A stretch of DNA of 64,000 nucleotides from Narcine bancroftii. Taxonomy: Eukaryota. Under the pieces are notes generated by a model, which saw only the letters and a list, made by a program, of their open reading frames with translations, had not been told where the DNA came from and searched no databases. Positions 12,981 to 24,105 of this stretch are shown here, piece by piece (the stretch's first letter is position 1; the number at the start of each line of letters is the position of its first letter). The stretch lies in NCBI RefSeq assembly GCF_036971445.1, contig NC_091472.1:83886001-83950000 (forward strand), written 5' to 3'. The position numbers and the translations under genes are program-made.

Positions 12981-13136
12981 ACAATTAAAATTTGACTTTA
13001 ACAATGGTAACATATATAGGTAGTGATATTGATGCAAGATATTTTTCCCCTTCCCTCCCACCCCTGATGAGAGTGAAAAATGAACCAAAAATATTGTTTC
13101 TTTTGACACATGACATGTTTCTAGATTGAACATCTT

Positions 13137-13148
13137 AAGGAAAGGGGA
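13137..13148 (+). promoter_or_regulatory. Polypurine tract
   Basis: AAGGAAAGGGGA directly before the 3' LTR. Confidence 0.85.
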
Positions 13149-13277
13149 TGTGGTGATACTCCTGATCATTAGAGGGAGTCAGAGATGAATTCTGAATCTC
13201 AGTTTAGATTCCAATAAAAATGGCGACACCAATATAAAAGAACCCATGTTTCTTTATTACTTAAAAGAAACATCACA
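13149..13277 (+). repeat. 3' LTR of the Gypsy element at 8091-13277
   Basis: TGTGGTGATA...CATCACA followed by the TSD GAATC. Confidence 0.9.
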
Positions 13278-13782
13278 GAATCCATGCTGAAACATATTGA
13301 GTCACGGAAACAAGCAGTAAATCATACAAGCAATCTATCTCTCCCTGCTATCTGACACAAATGGGAAACAGCAGTTTAGAGGACAAAAGACACAGCATAA
13401 GGCAGAATTAAAGTTGGACATGTCCAAGTCTACCTGAGATGGTGGTTCTCAGCAGTTTACTTCGTTGTATGCGGTTAATAAATCTGATGTGGTTAAGATA
13501 ATCAGAAAGCCACCTCAAGAACTTTGACTCAATGATTAGACAACTGCTGGATACCCAGAAAAGAAGCCAATATTTCAAGGGCAACCTAAAATTATGAACC
13601 AGACATCAAGGAGGGAATAGTCTAAAAGACTGGGGTAAGTAAAACTGTTGAAGAATTTGGTCAGTAATTCCAGAATATAATTAGCTGAAGTTATAGTTGC
13701 AAGTCAATACTGCCATAGTTTGAGTACTATAGAGGCTCAAAGGTGCTTGTCATATCATTTCAACTGGTAAACTCTTCACTGT

Positions 13783-14194
13783 CACTGAGTTTAGAAGGAT
13801 GAGGGGGGGACATGATTGAGGTATACAAAATCATCAGGGGGATAGACAAGGTGAAGTCTGATTACTTGTTCCCAATGATGGGGGAGACGAGGACTAGAGG
13901 GCATAGTTTAAGAATACAGGGTAGGCCCTTTAGGACGGAGATGAGAAAGCATTTTTTTACCCAGAGAAGTGTGAATCTGTGGAATGCTCTGCCACAGAGG
14001 GTGGTAGAGGCGGATTCGCTGACTATGTTCAAAAGAGAGTTAGATAAGACTCTTGTGGGTAACAGAGTTAAGGGTTATGGGGATAAGGCTGGAAAGGGGT
14101 ACTGATAGTAATGATCAGCCATGATCTAAAATGGCGGTGCTGGCCCGACGGGCCAAATGGCCTACTCCAGCTCCTATTGTCTATTGTCTATTGT
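13783..14194 (+). mobile_element. Well-preserved CR1 3' end
   Basis: ORF 13812-14105 MIEVYKIIRGIDKV..TRGHSLRI..FFTQR.VNLWNALP; tail ending (CTATTGT)3. Confidence 0.92.
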
Positions 14195-15902
14195 AAAGAC
14201 AATAGTTAATGAATTCAAACAATTATTACTGCAGATTTAGTTGCTTTTATTTTTTTGGTTTAATTTAGTCTTGAAGTGTGAGCAACACAAATAAGTCAAT
14301 TTTATTGTTCATCCTTGATTGCCCTAGAGTCATTAATCATTAACAACAATCATGAAAAAAATAAATTATATAGGTTTTAACAGCAAACTGGTAGTTTTAC
14401 AACATGCCAGGATGAACACACAGACAATATCAGATGTCTGGAATGAACCCGGTCACTGGAACTGTGAGGCATTTGCTTAACTCATTGCACTTTTGCAATT
14501 TATCTAATCAACATATCAGCAAACAGTATATTTTAGATATTTGGAATTAAATAAAATGTGAATAATAATTCTGTGCATTGAAATGTCATGAAATTCACCA
14601 TCACAGGAAAAGGTACAATTGGTTAAATCATTTCAAAATTATTGGCTCAAAGCAAGTCCTTTTGTTCTCTGAAATTAAACACAATTTACCAGAAAGATTA
14701 ATCAGATTTAAATTTATTGCTACCATTTTCAAGACTATTAGAAAATATGACAAATGTCATATCATTTGCACACTACACAAGAAAAAAATACCTAGAATTG
14801 ACCAGAGGTAGAACACATCCATACAAGCAGTCTTCATGAGTGATCTTCAAATGAATTCAGGTAACAATTGAAATCACTATCACTTTTGACAGGCAGCATT
14901 TTATTAAGGTTCATCACAAAAAATCCTAATGCACTTGAACAAAGGAATATAGCAACATTTCAAACAGTAATGTTTACTTCAAGTAGTAAATTGCCACAGT
15001 AACAGAAATGATGGAGTACTGTAATGCCACAGTAGAATGCACAATAATATATGGTCAGTGATTATGGGAATGATCAGTCCTTCGTATAAAATTATAATGA
15101 TACTGTGTTTATTGTCATATATGCATATGTTCATATGCACCAAAATTCCTACCTTCTGCAGCAGAGCAAGTCCTCAATAAAAAAAAAATTGCAATTGAAC
15201 ACTAATAAATTCTTAGAACTGCATATTACATTTCACAGGATTATTCAGGAAAGAAAAGGACATACGGAAACAAATAAAATGCAAATTCTCTTCAACTATA
15301 AAAGTAGTATTCATTTTTTGTTTTAAATATATCCATTTTGCTTTTTCTTTAAATGACAAAAATAAAACCTTGGGACTGCATCTATTCAAGTGGTTGTGAA
15401 AGAGCTCCACATTTGCTCCATGAAAATCAAGGGACAGAGAGAATGAATGATTTTCAGCCAGCTCATTCTGGTTCTTTCATGGGGTTGACAGGTGAAGGGA
15501 GCTGATGTGTGTGCTGACCTGGAATCCACAAGGACTATAATTTCAAGCTATCAGAATTAATTTACTGGATAAAGCACTTCAGGTGGTCCAGCGGACAACA
15601 CAGAATAATCTACATCTTACATCTCAGCCACAGAGCCACTGCATGCAGGGATTTAACCTTCAAACCTCAAGATCACAATTACATACACTCCTGCAGTTCA
15701 CCATAATGCAGACACAAGGTATTATTAAAATATCAAAGTTGCTTGAAAATACTTTCACACTGCTTAAAGAGGGCAAAAATTAATATACTATATGTAATAT
15801 ACAAACAGGAAATGTCCAATACACTTCAATCGGCAGCAGCATTTTAATTCAGCAAGATTGTATATTGCAGCAATATATCAGTGCTATTTCCTTTCCTCTC
15901 AC

Positions 15903-16006
15903 CTTTCCCAAATTGTCCTTCATTGCTCGTTGATGGACCTGGTTCCATTTACTGAAATCTCTGTGCTGATTGAGGCTGGATATTTGTACCTTTTGAATTT
16001 TGTTTA
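15903..16006 (-). CDS. Candidate exon of an unidentified host gene (104 nt)
   Basis: Acceptor tttgtgcttatAG and donor AAG/GTGAGA. Phase-1 frame open: NKIQKVQISSLNQHRDFSKWNQVHQRAMKDNLGK, phase-compatible with 352-450. Confidence 0.33.
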
Positions 16007-16874
16007 CTATAAGCACAAATAGAGGCCTTGCTTATTCGAACCAGAGTTCTGAAATAATAAATTGTATTCATTGCAAAATCATGACACTGAAACTGAGCCA
16101 TGATCAGCAATGGAGGTAATATCATCGCAGAAAGACTGTCTCATGAGTGACGAAGCATCCATGGACTGGATTTATCCCCTCGATCTATGTATTCATCATG
16201 CTTTTGCCAATGGCATTCTAATATATTTCCACATTTTTTTTAATAGGGGAAAGAAATGTTGAGAATTTTTGCATTTTTACTTCTGTAATTAAAGAAAGCT
16301 ATTTCAATTGACCATGAACGTTGATTGTTCATCAAAGTCACCAGTGGGGAAACACATTTTATTTCCCCTCGGCATTTCTCCTCCTTTGTGTTAAGAAGTT
16401 AATTAACACTAACAGCAAAAAAGTTACCTATCTCAAGAATATCCAATCATAATGCCACATTAGCACAAATGACCCAGTTCCACAGTCAAGGTGATACTTT
16501 TGTTATGATGTAAGAATTGTAAAATAAAATTACATTGCTATTCTCATCTCTTCACTGGTGGGGAAGGGGGTGGTGGCATTGAGTAGGGTGGGGGTGGTGG
16601 CAGCGGAGGCACTGAGCAGGGAGCGGGGTAGTGACACCAGTACAACATGACAGCCACCGAAAATAGTTCTCGCAAGAATGCCTTGTCGCTGTTTATTTCA
16701 CTCATCCAGAGTCTGGCTAGAAAATTACTGCACTGGCTTCTTCATTAAACTTTGCAGGAGACTGAATAATAACAAGACTGAAGGGTTAGAACTGCCCCTT
16801 TTTCCCTCACCGCCCCCTGACCGCCACTTTTTCCTTCACCACCCCCTTGGCAGAACTCACTTTGGGAATCATTA

Positions 16875-17347
16875 GCTTATGGTATGCTGGCCTTCATTAG
16901 TCAGGAGATTGAGTTCAAGAGACATGAGGAAATGTTACAGCTCTATAAAATTCTGTTAGACTACTGTGTTCAGTTCTGCTTGACTCATTACAGGAAGGAT
17001 GTGGAAACATTGGAGAGAGTGCAGAGGAGATTTGCCTGGATTGGAGAACATGTCTTATGAGACAAGGTTAACAGAGCTAGGACTTTTCTCTTTGGTGTGA
17101 AGAAGGGGAGGTGACTTTATAGAGGTCCAAGATAATGAGAGGCATGGATAGGGGGAACAGCAGTCACCTTTTTCCCGGGGCAAGAGTAGCAAACACCACA
17201 GGACATCTATACAAGGTAGGGGAGGAAAGTTTAGGGGAGATATCAGGGGTAAGCTTTTTATACATAGAGAGTAATGGGTGCATGGAAGGCATTGCCAGGG
17301 GTGGTGGTGGAGGCTGGTACAATAGGAACATTTAAAAGACTCTCTTA
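16875..17347 (+). mobile_element. CR1 fragment, left part (continues at 22228)
   Basis: AYGMLAFISQEIEFK..YCVQFC..LERVQRRF. Stops at tttaaaagactctctta. Confidence 0.85.
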
Positions 17348-17406
17348 TCCCTTTTACACAGTGATCCCACTTAATTGGCATGTGTATGACCCATGTTTAA
17401 AGCCAG

Positions 17407-17609
17407 TGTAGTGAACTGGAATTCACTGTCTGTGTATTGTTCTGATGTCTGGCTCCTTCCTTGGCTCTATGCTCACCTACCCCAATATAAACCCTGATTT
17501 TCCCACCTTGATTCACTTGAGGACTATTGTATCTACCTGCCATTGATTGTAAGCTATTAAAAGCGTGTTTGTACTCCTCACTTGTCTGTCACACAACTGA
17601 TTGCACTCA
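17407..17609 (+). repeat. LTR family A, 5' LTR
   Basis: TGTAGTGAAC...GCACTCA with TATAAA at 17486 and ATTAAA at 17556. Homologous to the reverse complement of 23909-24105. Confidence 0.9.
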
Positions 17610-17635
17610 ATTTTAATAGCTTACTTTGAAATGGG

Positions 17636-19813
17636 ATGGAAGCCCTGTTGAAACCAGGCAGGATGCAGTAAGTGAGGGCACTGGGTGAAGATCTGCCAGA
17701 CTAAAGAAAACCCAAAGAGGGCAATCGTTTGTGCAACTACCAAATCATCACTCGACCCTTGCCTTAGTTCCATCTCTCTGTTCTGTTCGCCAGGAAGTGA
17801 TGCATTGCAGGAAGCCATGGCAGCCATCTTGCCACACCTCAAGGTCGATGCCACCTAGTCCTTCGTCAGATTAAGATGGAGGGTGGCCATCTCGCCACAC
17901 TTCATGGTCAACGCCATCTTGTCTGCCCGCGGGACAAGATAGGAGAATTGACATCAGCATGGGGAGCACTGGCATCGGTCATCCTGGATTAGGCAATACC
18001 TCACCAATTGAATAACTCGACAATGGAGGTTAGAGTAAACAATCATTTGACTGATTGCTAAGTAGACACTCACACCACACCGAGAGCTTTAGAAACTCTG
18101 CAACAGCTCTGTACACTTAAGTGTACCGGATGGACTATCATATTTTCTTAGCTTCACACTCACACTCTGCAATGATCCAGTTGTATTGTATGGTACATCT
18201 AACTGTAATAGGGGGAGGTGGAATTTTGTAAGTTCCAACTGTATTTACTGAAGGATTTGTGTGCACCTCTGTTGCTGGGCCTGGACTTCCTGCATCACTT
18301 TAAAAGTGTGACCCACTCCCTCCAATCACAGTGTGAAACGGAAGGTCCCAAAAGCCAGTCTCTCCATCCTAAATATGGATTCCTCCCCTCCCCCAGTTTC
18401 CAAACCTGACTCCCAATTACAAACCAATAGCTACAAAGAGCAGGCGATACAGTGTGGGGGATCCGGAATTTATCAGAGTCGAAACACAGCAGCTGCTCAA
18501 AGAAAACATCAATGAACCTGGCAACACCCCATGGAGAGCCCAGATGGTAGTTCTGAAAAGGGAAGAAAAATCCAGACTAGTGATTGACTATAGCCAAACA
18601 ATTAATTATTTCACACTCCTGGACGTGTACCCCCTTCCTCAAATTTCAGACATGGTAAACAAAATTGTGCAGTGTCGGGTCTATTCGACCATCAACTTGA
18701 AAGCTGCATACCATTAGTTACTGATCCATTCTAAGGACAACCCCTACATAACACTTGAGGCAGACAGATGGCTCTATCAGTTTGGGAGAGTCCCTTTTGG
18801 TATCATCAATGGGGTCTCAGACTTCTGGAGACAATACGGATTGAAGGTCACCTTCTCTTATCTTGACAAAGTCACCATTTGTCAACACTCTCTGGAAGAT
18901 CATGACGCCAACCTCCAGAGGTTTCTCCATACGGCTAAGGCCCTGAACCTCATGTACAATACCAGTAAGTGCATGTTCTGGACAAAACGTCTGGTGATCC
19001 TTGGCTATGTAGTGCAGAATGGCATCATTGGCCCTGACCCCAATCGAATGTGCCCCCAGTTAGAACTCCCGATCCCGAGGACTATGAAAGCCTTAAGGAG
19101 GTGCCTGGGCTACTTCTCCTACTACGCCCAATGAGTCTCTCACTATGCGGATAAAGTCTGCCCCTTCTTAAAGTCCACCTATTACCCATTGTTGGCCAAA
19201 GCCCAGGTGGCTTTTGACTATGTTCAGAGCTACGTCACAAAGGTCACCATGTATGTGGTGGACGAGAACGCACACTTCTAGGTGGAAAGCTATGCCTCTA
19301 ATGTGGCTCTAGCCGCTACCTTTAACCAGGTGGGCAGGCTGGTTGCCTTTTTCTACCACACCCTACAAGGCCATGAGCTTTGTAACCCATCTGTGGAGAA
19401 AGAGGCTCAAGCCATTGTCGAGGCCATCAGGCAATGGAAGCATTACCTGGCCAGCAGGAAATTTACACTGCTCACCAACCAGCGATCGGTGGTATTTATG
19501 TTTAGTAATGCAAAAGGGGGAAAAATAAAGAATGATAAGATTGCAAGGTGGTGGATCGAACTCTCCATTTATAATTACAACATAGCATACAGGCCAGGTA
19601 CTCTCAATGAACCTCCAGATGCCCTCTGCAAACACTAGCCTGTTGTGGTCACTGCATGTTGAGCTTTGCCACCCAGGCATCACCCGCATTGCTCGTTTCA
19701 TTAAGCATGCTACCTGCCCTACTTCATTGAGGACATTGGGAAATGATCAAGTCCTGTCAGGTCTGCGTGGAGTGCAAGCCACACTTCTACAGCCCGACAA
19801 AGAGCACCTGATC
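17636..19813 (+). pseudogene. Family-A gag (mostly deleted) and pol (PR, RT, RNase H, integrase zinc finger)
   Basis: MEALLKP start; GHWVKIC knuckle end; LCAPLLLGLDF; PWRAQ..RLVIDYSQTIN..LDVYPLP; SYLDKVTIC; EKEAQAIVEAIRQWKHYL; LCHPGITR..CVECKPHFY. Confidence 0.9.
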
Positions 19814-21843
19814 TGGCCCTATATGGCTTTTGAGGCTGATGGGGGGTTATAGCAGTTTAAAAGGGTACCTTTTGGAGTCAATAATGATGTGTCAGTGTTT
19901 CAGGGAGAGATGGATAAGATCGTTAGAACGTATGAGTTGCAGGACATGTTCTCTTAACTGGATAATGTCACTATCTGTAAAAAGACCCAGACTGAACATG
20001 ATAACAACTTTAAAAAATTTCTAGCAACAGCTAAAGAACTCAATCTTGCATTCAACGAGGGCAAATGTGTTTTCAACGAAACGGAACTACCCATTCTGGG
20101 CTACATTATTCACGAGGGCAAAATCTGCCCTGATCCAGAAAGAATGGCTCCCCTTAAGAAGTTGCCACCCCCAGAGTCAGCAAAAGCCCTTAAAAGGAGT
20201 ATGGGATTATTTTCCTATGACTGCAAATGGGTACGTGACTACGCTACAAAAGCATGCCCTTGGTTTGACACAAAATCTTTCCAACAGCCTTGAAAGCTTT
20301 CGAGAGAATTAAAGCTGATATTGCCAAGGCTGCACTCTCGTCCATTGATGAGAATGTCCCGTTCCAAGTGAAAACTGATGCCTCAGATTGCGCTTTAGCA
20401 GGAATCCTTAATCAAAAGGGCAGACACGTGGTATTCTTCTCCCACACGTTACGCAGACCTGAACTTAAACATCCAGCCAATGGAAAAGAAACCCAGGCCA
20501 TCATTGAAGCTGTTCGTTACTGGAGACGCTTTCTAGCTGGCAGGAAATTTACGTTGATCACTGATCAGACATCTGTAGCCTACATGTTTAGTACTAAATA
20601 CAAAAGTAAGATTAAAAACGATTAGGTGGCACACTGGCGAATAGAACTTTCAACTTACATTTATGAGATCCTGTACAGACCTGGCAAGTTAAATGATCCC
20701 TCTGACACATTGTCACGAGCTGCTGGCGGTGCTCAGCTTGAGGGACTAAAGGAGATCCATACCAGACTGTGCCACCCAGGGGTCACAAGATTCTTCCATT
20801 AAATAAGGGCTAACAGCCTCCCGTACTCCCTCGAAGAAGTCAGAAAACTGACTAAAGGCTGTCCTGTTTGCGCAGAATGCGCATTTGAAGGCTCCGGAGG
20901 CCACTCTCATCAACGCGACCCGACCTTTTGAGAGGATCAGCTTAGATTTTAAAGGCTGTTACCTTCTAACAACAAAAATGTAGTTTTCCATTCTGTAATC
21001 AATGATTTCCCTTCGTGATACCCTGCCCCGACGTCTCAATGGTGTCTGTTACTAAGGCACTTGACAGAATTTTCAATATTTTTGGTTTTCCCAGTTACAT
21101 TCAAACAGACAGAGGCTCAGCATTTATGAGTGCAGAGCTGTGCCAAACTCTGTTACGTAAGGGGATTGCCACCAGCTGTACCACGAGCTACAACCCCCAG
21201 GGCAGGGGCAGGTTGAAAGGGCTAATGCCACAGTCTGGAAAACTGTTAACCTCATGTTAAAGACACATAGTTACCCTGTTACTCGGTGGCAGGAGGTGCT
21301 GCCCAAGGCGTTACATTCTATTCGGTCTCTACTGTGTACTGCAACAAATCAAACACCTCATGAACGTGTTTACTTTTCCTAGGAAATCAGGGACTGTGAT
21401 GGACTGGCCCACCTGTCTATCTGAGCCTGGAACCGGATTATACTCAGACGTGTAAAACGGACCCTCTAGTCCAGCCAGTTCAGCACACTAACCCCAATTA
21501 TGCCCACATTAAATTCCCAGATGGTAGCACGGACACTGTACCCCTAAGAGATCTGGCCCCGCCTAGTTCATCCCTTCCGCACACCCCTACTCGGAGTGAT
21601 CCTGAGAGGGTGGATGCATCACCCCAGCCTGTGACCCCTAGTAAGCATTCAGATGGCCATGCTGAGGCCCTACTGCCTCATGCTGGTGATTCTGGAGCAG
21701 CTCCAGAAGTCCAGCCTTCTCACATTACAGACCAGGGAACTGTATCAACACCGTCAGTTCCCCAGGCTGCCATCCTTGCCCCTGTTCTGATAAGGAGGTC
21801 TACTCATATCCGTAAACAACTCGCGAGGCTTCAGTATTCATAA
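19814..21843 (+). pseudogene. Family-B pol (mid-RT through integrase)
   Basis: PYMAFEADGGL*QFKRVPFG; VKTDASDCALAGILNQ; KETQAIIEAVRYWRRFL; LCHPGVTR; IFGFPSYIQTDRGSAFMS..TTSYNPQG; ends IRRSTHIRKQLARLQYS*. Confidence 0.9.
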
Positions 21844-22008
21844 ATATTCTGATCGCCCTGCTAGTTACTAGCCTTGTTTTGGCTATCTCAGTGAATTCTC
21901 AATGCCATTTATTTTATTGTATTATGCTTGCAGTAGATTGCTGGCTTGCTTGAATTCTACTTTGCAGCTGTCCCTTTGATTTTAACCCTACTTCTGCTAG
22001 GGGGAGAC

Positions 22009-22227
22009 TGTGGTGAATCTATGCTGAGCTGTCAGTCTCGCACTATGCCTAACACTGCTTTACTGACATTAGATGTGTATTATCTCTACCACTTAAGACA
22101 CTCCCAGTGGGTTTAACTGTGTCTGCACCTATTGACTTTCATTATTGTACCATTAGTTTCTGCTAATAAAAGCCATGATTATTGCCTGACGACGCCGCCT
22201 TCGTCAACTTCATTAACTGGCACTTCA
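22009..22227 (+). repeat. LTR family B, 3' LTR (PPT AGGGGGAGA at 21999-22007)
   Basis: TGTGGTGAAT...GGCACTTCA with an AATAAA signal. Homologous to the reverse complement of 38810-39028. Confidence 0.9.
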
Positions 22228-22357
22228 GCCACATGGATGCAAGAACAATAGAGGATTGGGTGTGAGGTAGGGAAGGTTTAGTTTGTGTATGTTTGTAGGT
22301 CAGCAAACTATACTGGACTGAAGGGCCTATACTTTGCTGTAATTTTCTATGTATGTT
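22228..22357 (+). mobile_element. CR1 3' tail, continuation of 16875-17347
   Basis: gccacatggatgcaagaa..ggactgaagggcctatactttgctgtaattttctatgt resumes the CR1 sequence. Confidence 0.8.
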
Positions 22358-22426
22358 TGTTCAATTAGAATGGCACATTATTGAGTAATGAGAGACTGAT
22401 TTATAGTCTTAAAGTTATATACAGTA

Positions 22427-22678
22427 GGGTGGCACAGTTGGCGTAGCGGTTAGCGCAATACCTTTACAGTGCCAGCGATCGAGACCTGCGTTCAAATCCC
22501 ACGCTGTCTGTAATAAGTTTGTATGTTCTTCCTGTCTCTGCTTGGGTTTTCCTCAGGGGTTCCAGTTTCCTCCCACTGTTTGAAACGTACTGGGGGTGTA
22601 AGTTAATTGGGTGTAAATTGGGTGGCACAGACTCATGAGCCAAAATGGCCTGTTACCTTGCTGTATGTCTAAAAAAAA
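22427..22678 (+). mobile_element. Full-length tRNA-derived HE1/V-type SINE
   Basis: A-box TGGCGTAGCGG (22439), B-box GTTCAAATCC (22490), V-domain gggttttcctcaggggttccagtttcctcccac, CR1-like tail and an A-run. Confidence 0.9.
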
Positions 22679-23908
22679 GCAGCAATCGGACCATTAGCTT
22701 ATTGCATCCACTCTGACCATCAAATAGGCTTCTGGGTTAATCCCATTCGCTAACAGTTGGTTATTGCCTTCTATACCTTGGCAATTCAAGTATTCATCTA
22801 GGATCTGTTTCCATTACCTGCTTAGACAATGTACTCACCTCAACAAGCTTGACAAACATTTTAAAATTCAATTTTTAGAATTCAAGTAATGGTGTCAAGG
22901 CCACCATTTAAACTTCTCTTCTGTGGTTAGCACACGACTTAATCCAGTGTTGCTGTTCTTGCGAAGGTACTCCCATGATGATGTTGAATGTTGCAGGAGC
23001 TGCACTCATGTTGAGCAAGTAGTGAGCAGTCCGGTGTGCTCCTGGCTTGTGCCTTGTGGGCGGAGAAGCTTTGAGTGACAGGCAGTGTTTCAATCACCAT
23101 GTTATTTGCCATTCAACATCCCATTTATAATTATCTAGCTTTCATTGCATGCATTCATGAATTTGAGTAGATTTGGATAATCCTGACCAAACATCCTCAC
23201 CTTGACCTTATGAAGGAATTGTGGGAAATGATGGGTCTAGGACAATGCCTTGCTTAACCTCTGCAGTGATAATCATGGGGTGGAATAACTGAGCTCCAAC
23301 AACCATGGGCATTTTAACTTGCGCAAGATTGGAGTATATTCCCTCCTGTGCCTGTCAGCTTCAGTGTCAGACCCAATCAATGCTGCCTTGATATGAAGAG
23401 TAATCAGCCTCACGTTGCCTCTGGAATTCTGCTCATTGGTCATGGTCATGATTGGAAAGATAATATAATCAATTAATTTATTATGATAAAATTACTTTAC
23501 ATCAAAATATTCCTAGAAGCTAATTTTCAGTTAAATGTTCCTTTGAAATAACTTTAAAATGTTGGTAGATTACTGGTATCAAGGATAGGTGGAGGAAAAC
23601 GAATATATTTCAATTGGGTAAAATTGTGTCTGTTCTTGCCACGTGCAAATTATATTTCAAGACCTAAATGAAGGAAAACATAGATTTCAATTCCATCACC
23701 CTTAGTGAAGTAGTTATTTCAGTTACTCAAATATGTTGGCGTGCTGGGTCCTACTAATTGGAATGAAATGACATTATAAAGTTTCTGGCAAGCTAAAAGA
23801 GAGTGGGTGAAGGGGAGATACTGGATGAGCTTCACAGTTCTGTGGAACCTTCTCTAGCCTTGCAACAACCCAAGATTTCTCCATTCTTTGAAGATTGTCT
23901 TTCCATAT

Positions 23909-24105
23909 TGTAACACAACTGATTGCACTCAGAGTCTTGTGAGTAGTTCAAACACGGTTTTAATAGCTTACAATCGATGGCCGGTAGATACAATAGTCCT
24001 CAGATGAATCTGAGGTAAAGTCGGGAAAACCAGGATTTATATTGGGGTTAGGTGAGGGTGGAGCCATCTAAACAATAGACAGACAGTGAAGTCCAGTTCA
24101 CTGCA
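23909..24105 (-). mobile_element. Solo LTR, family A
   Basis: Reverse complement of 17407-17586; TG..CA ends; 5-bp TSD CATAT/CATAC. Appears to interrupt an old L2/SINE-type tail. Confidence 0.9.

Larger units (their letters stand above)
8091..13277 (+). mobile_element. Full-length decayed Ty3/Gypsy LTR retrotransposon (Mag/K02A2.6-like)
   Basis: Two TGTGGTGATA...ATCACA LTRs, identical 5-bp TSD GAATC (8086-8090 and 13278-13282), PBS and PPT. Domain order gag-PR-RT-RH-IN. Confidence 0.95.
17407..22227 (+). mobile_element. Composite Gypsy insertion: family-A 5' half joined to family-B 3' half
   Basis: Dissimilar LTRs at the two ends and two successive RT/RNase H regions. Flanks are GCCAG and GCCAC. 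Confidence 0.85.

Noticed and set aside
22427-22500. tRNA-like sequence with A and B boxes
   Set aside because: It continues into a SINE body and tail and has other copies in the window, so it is a SINE head, not a tRNA gene.
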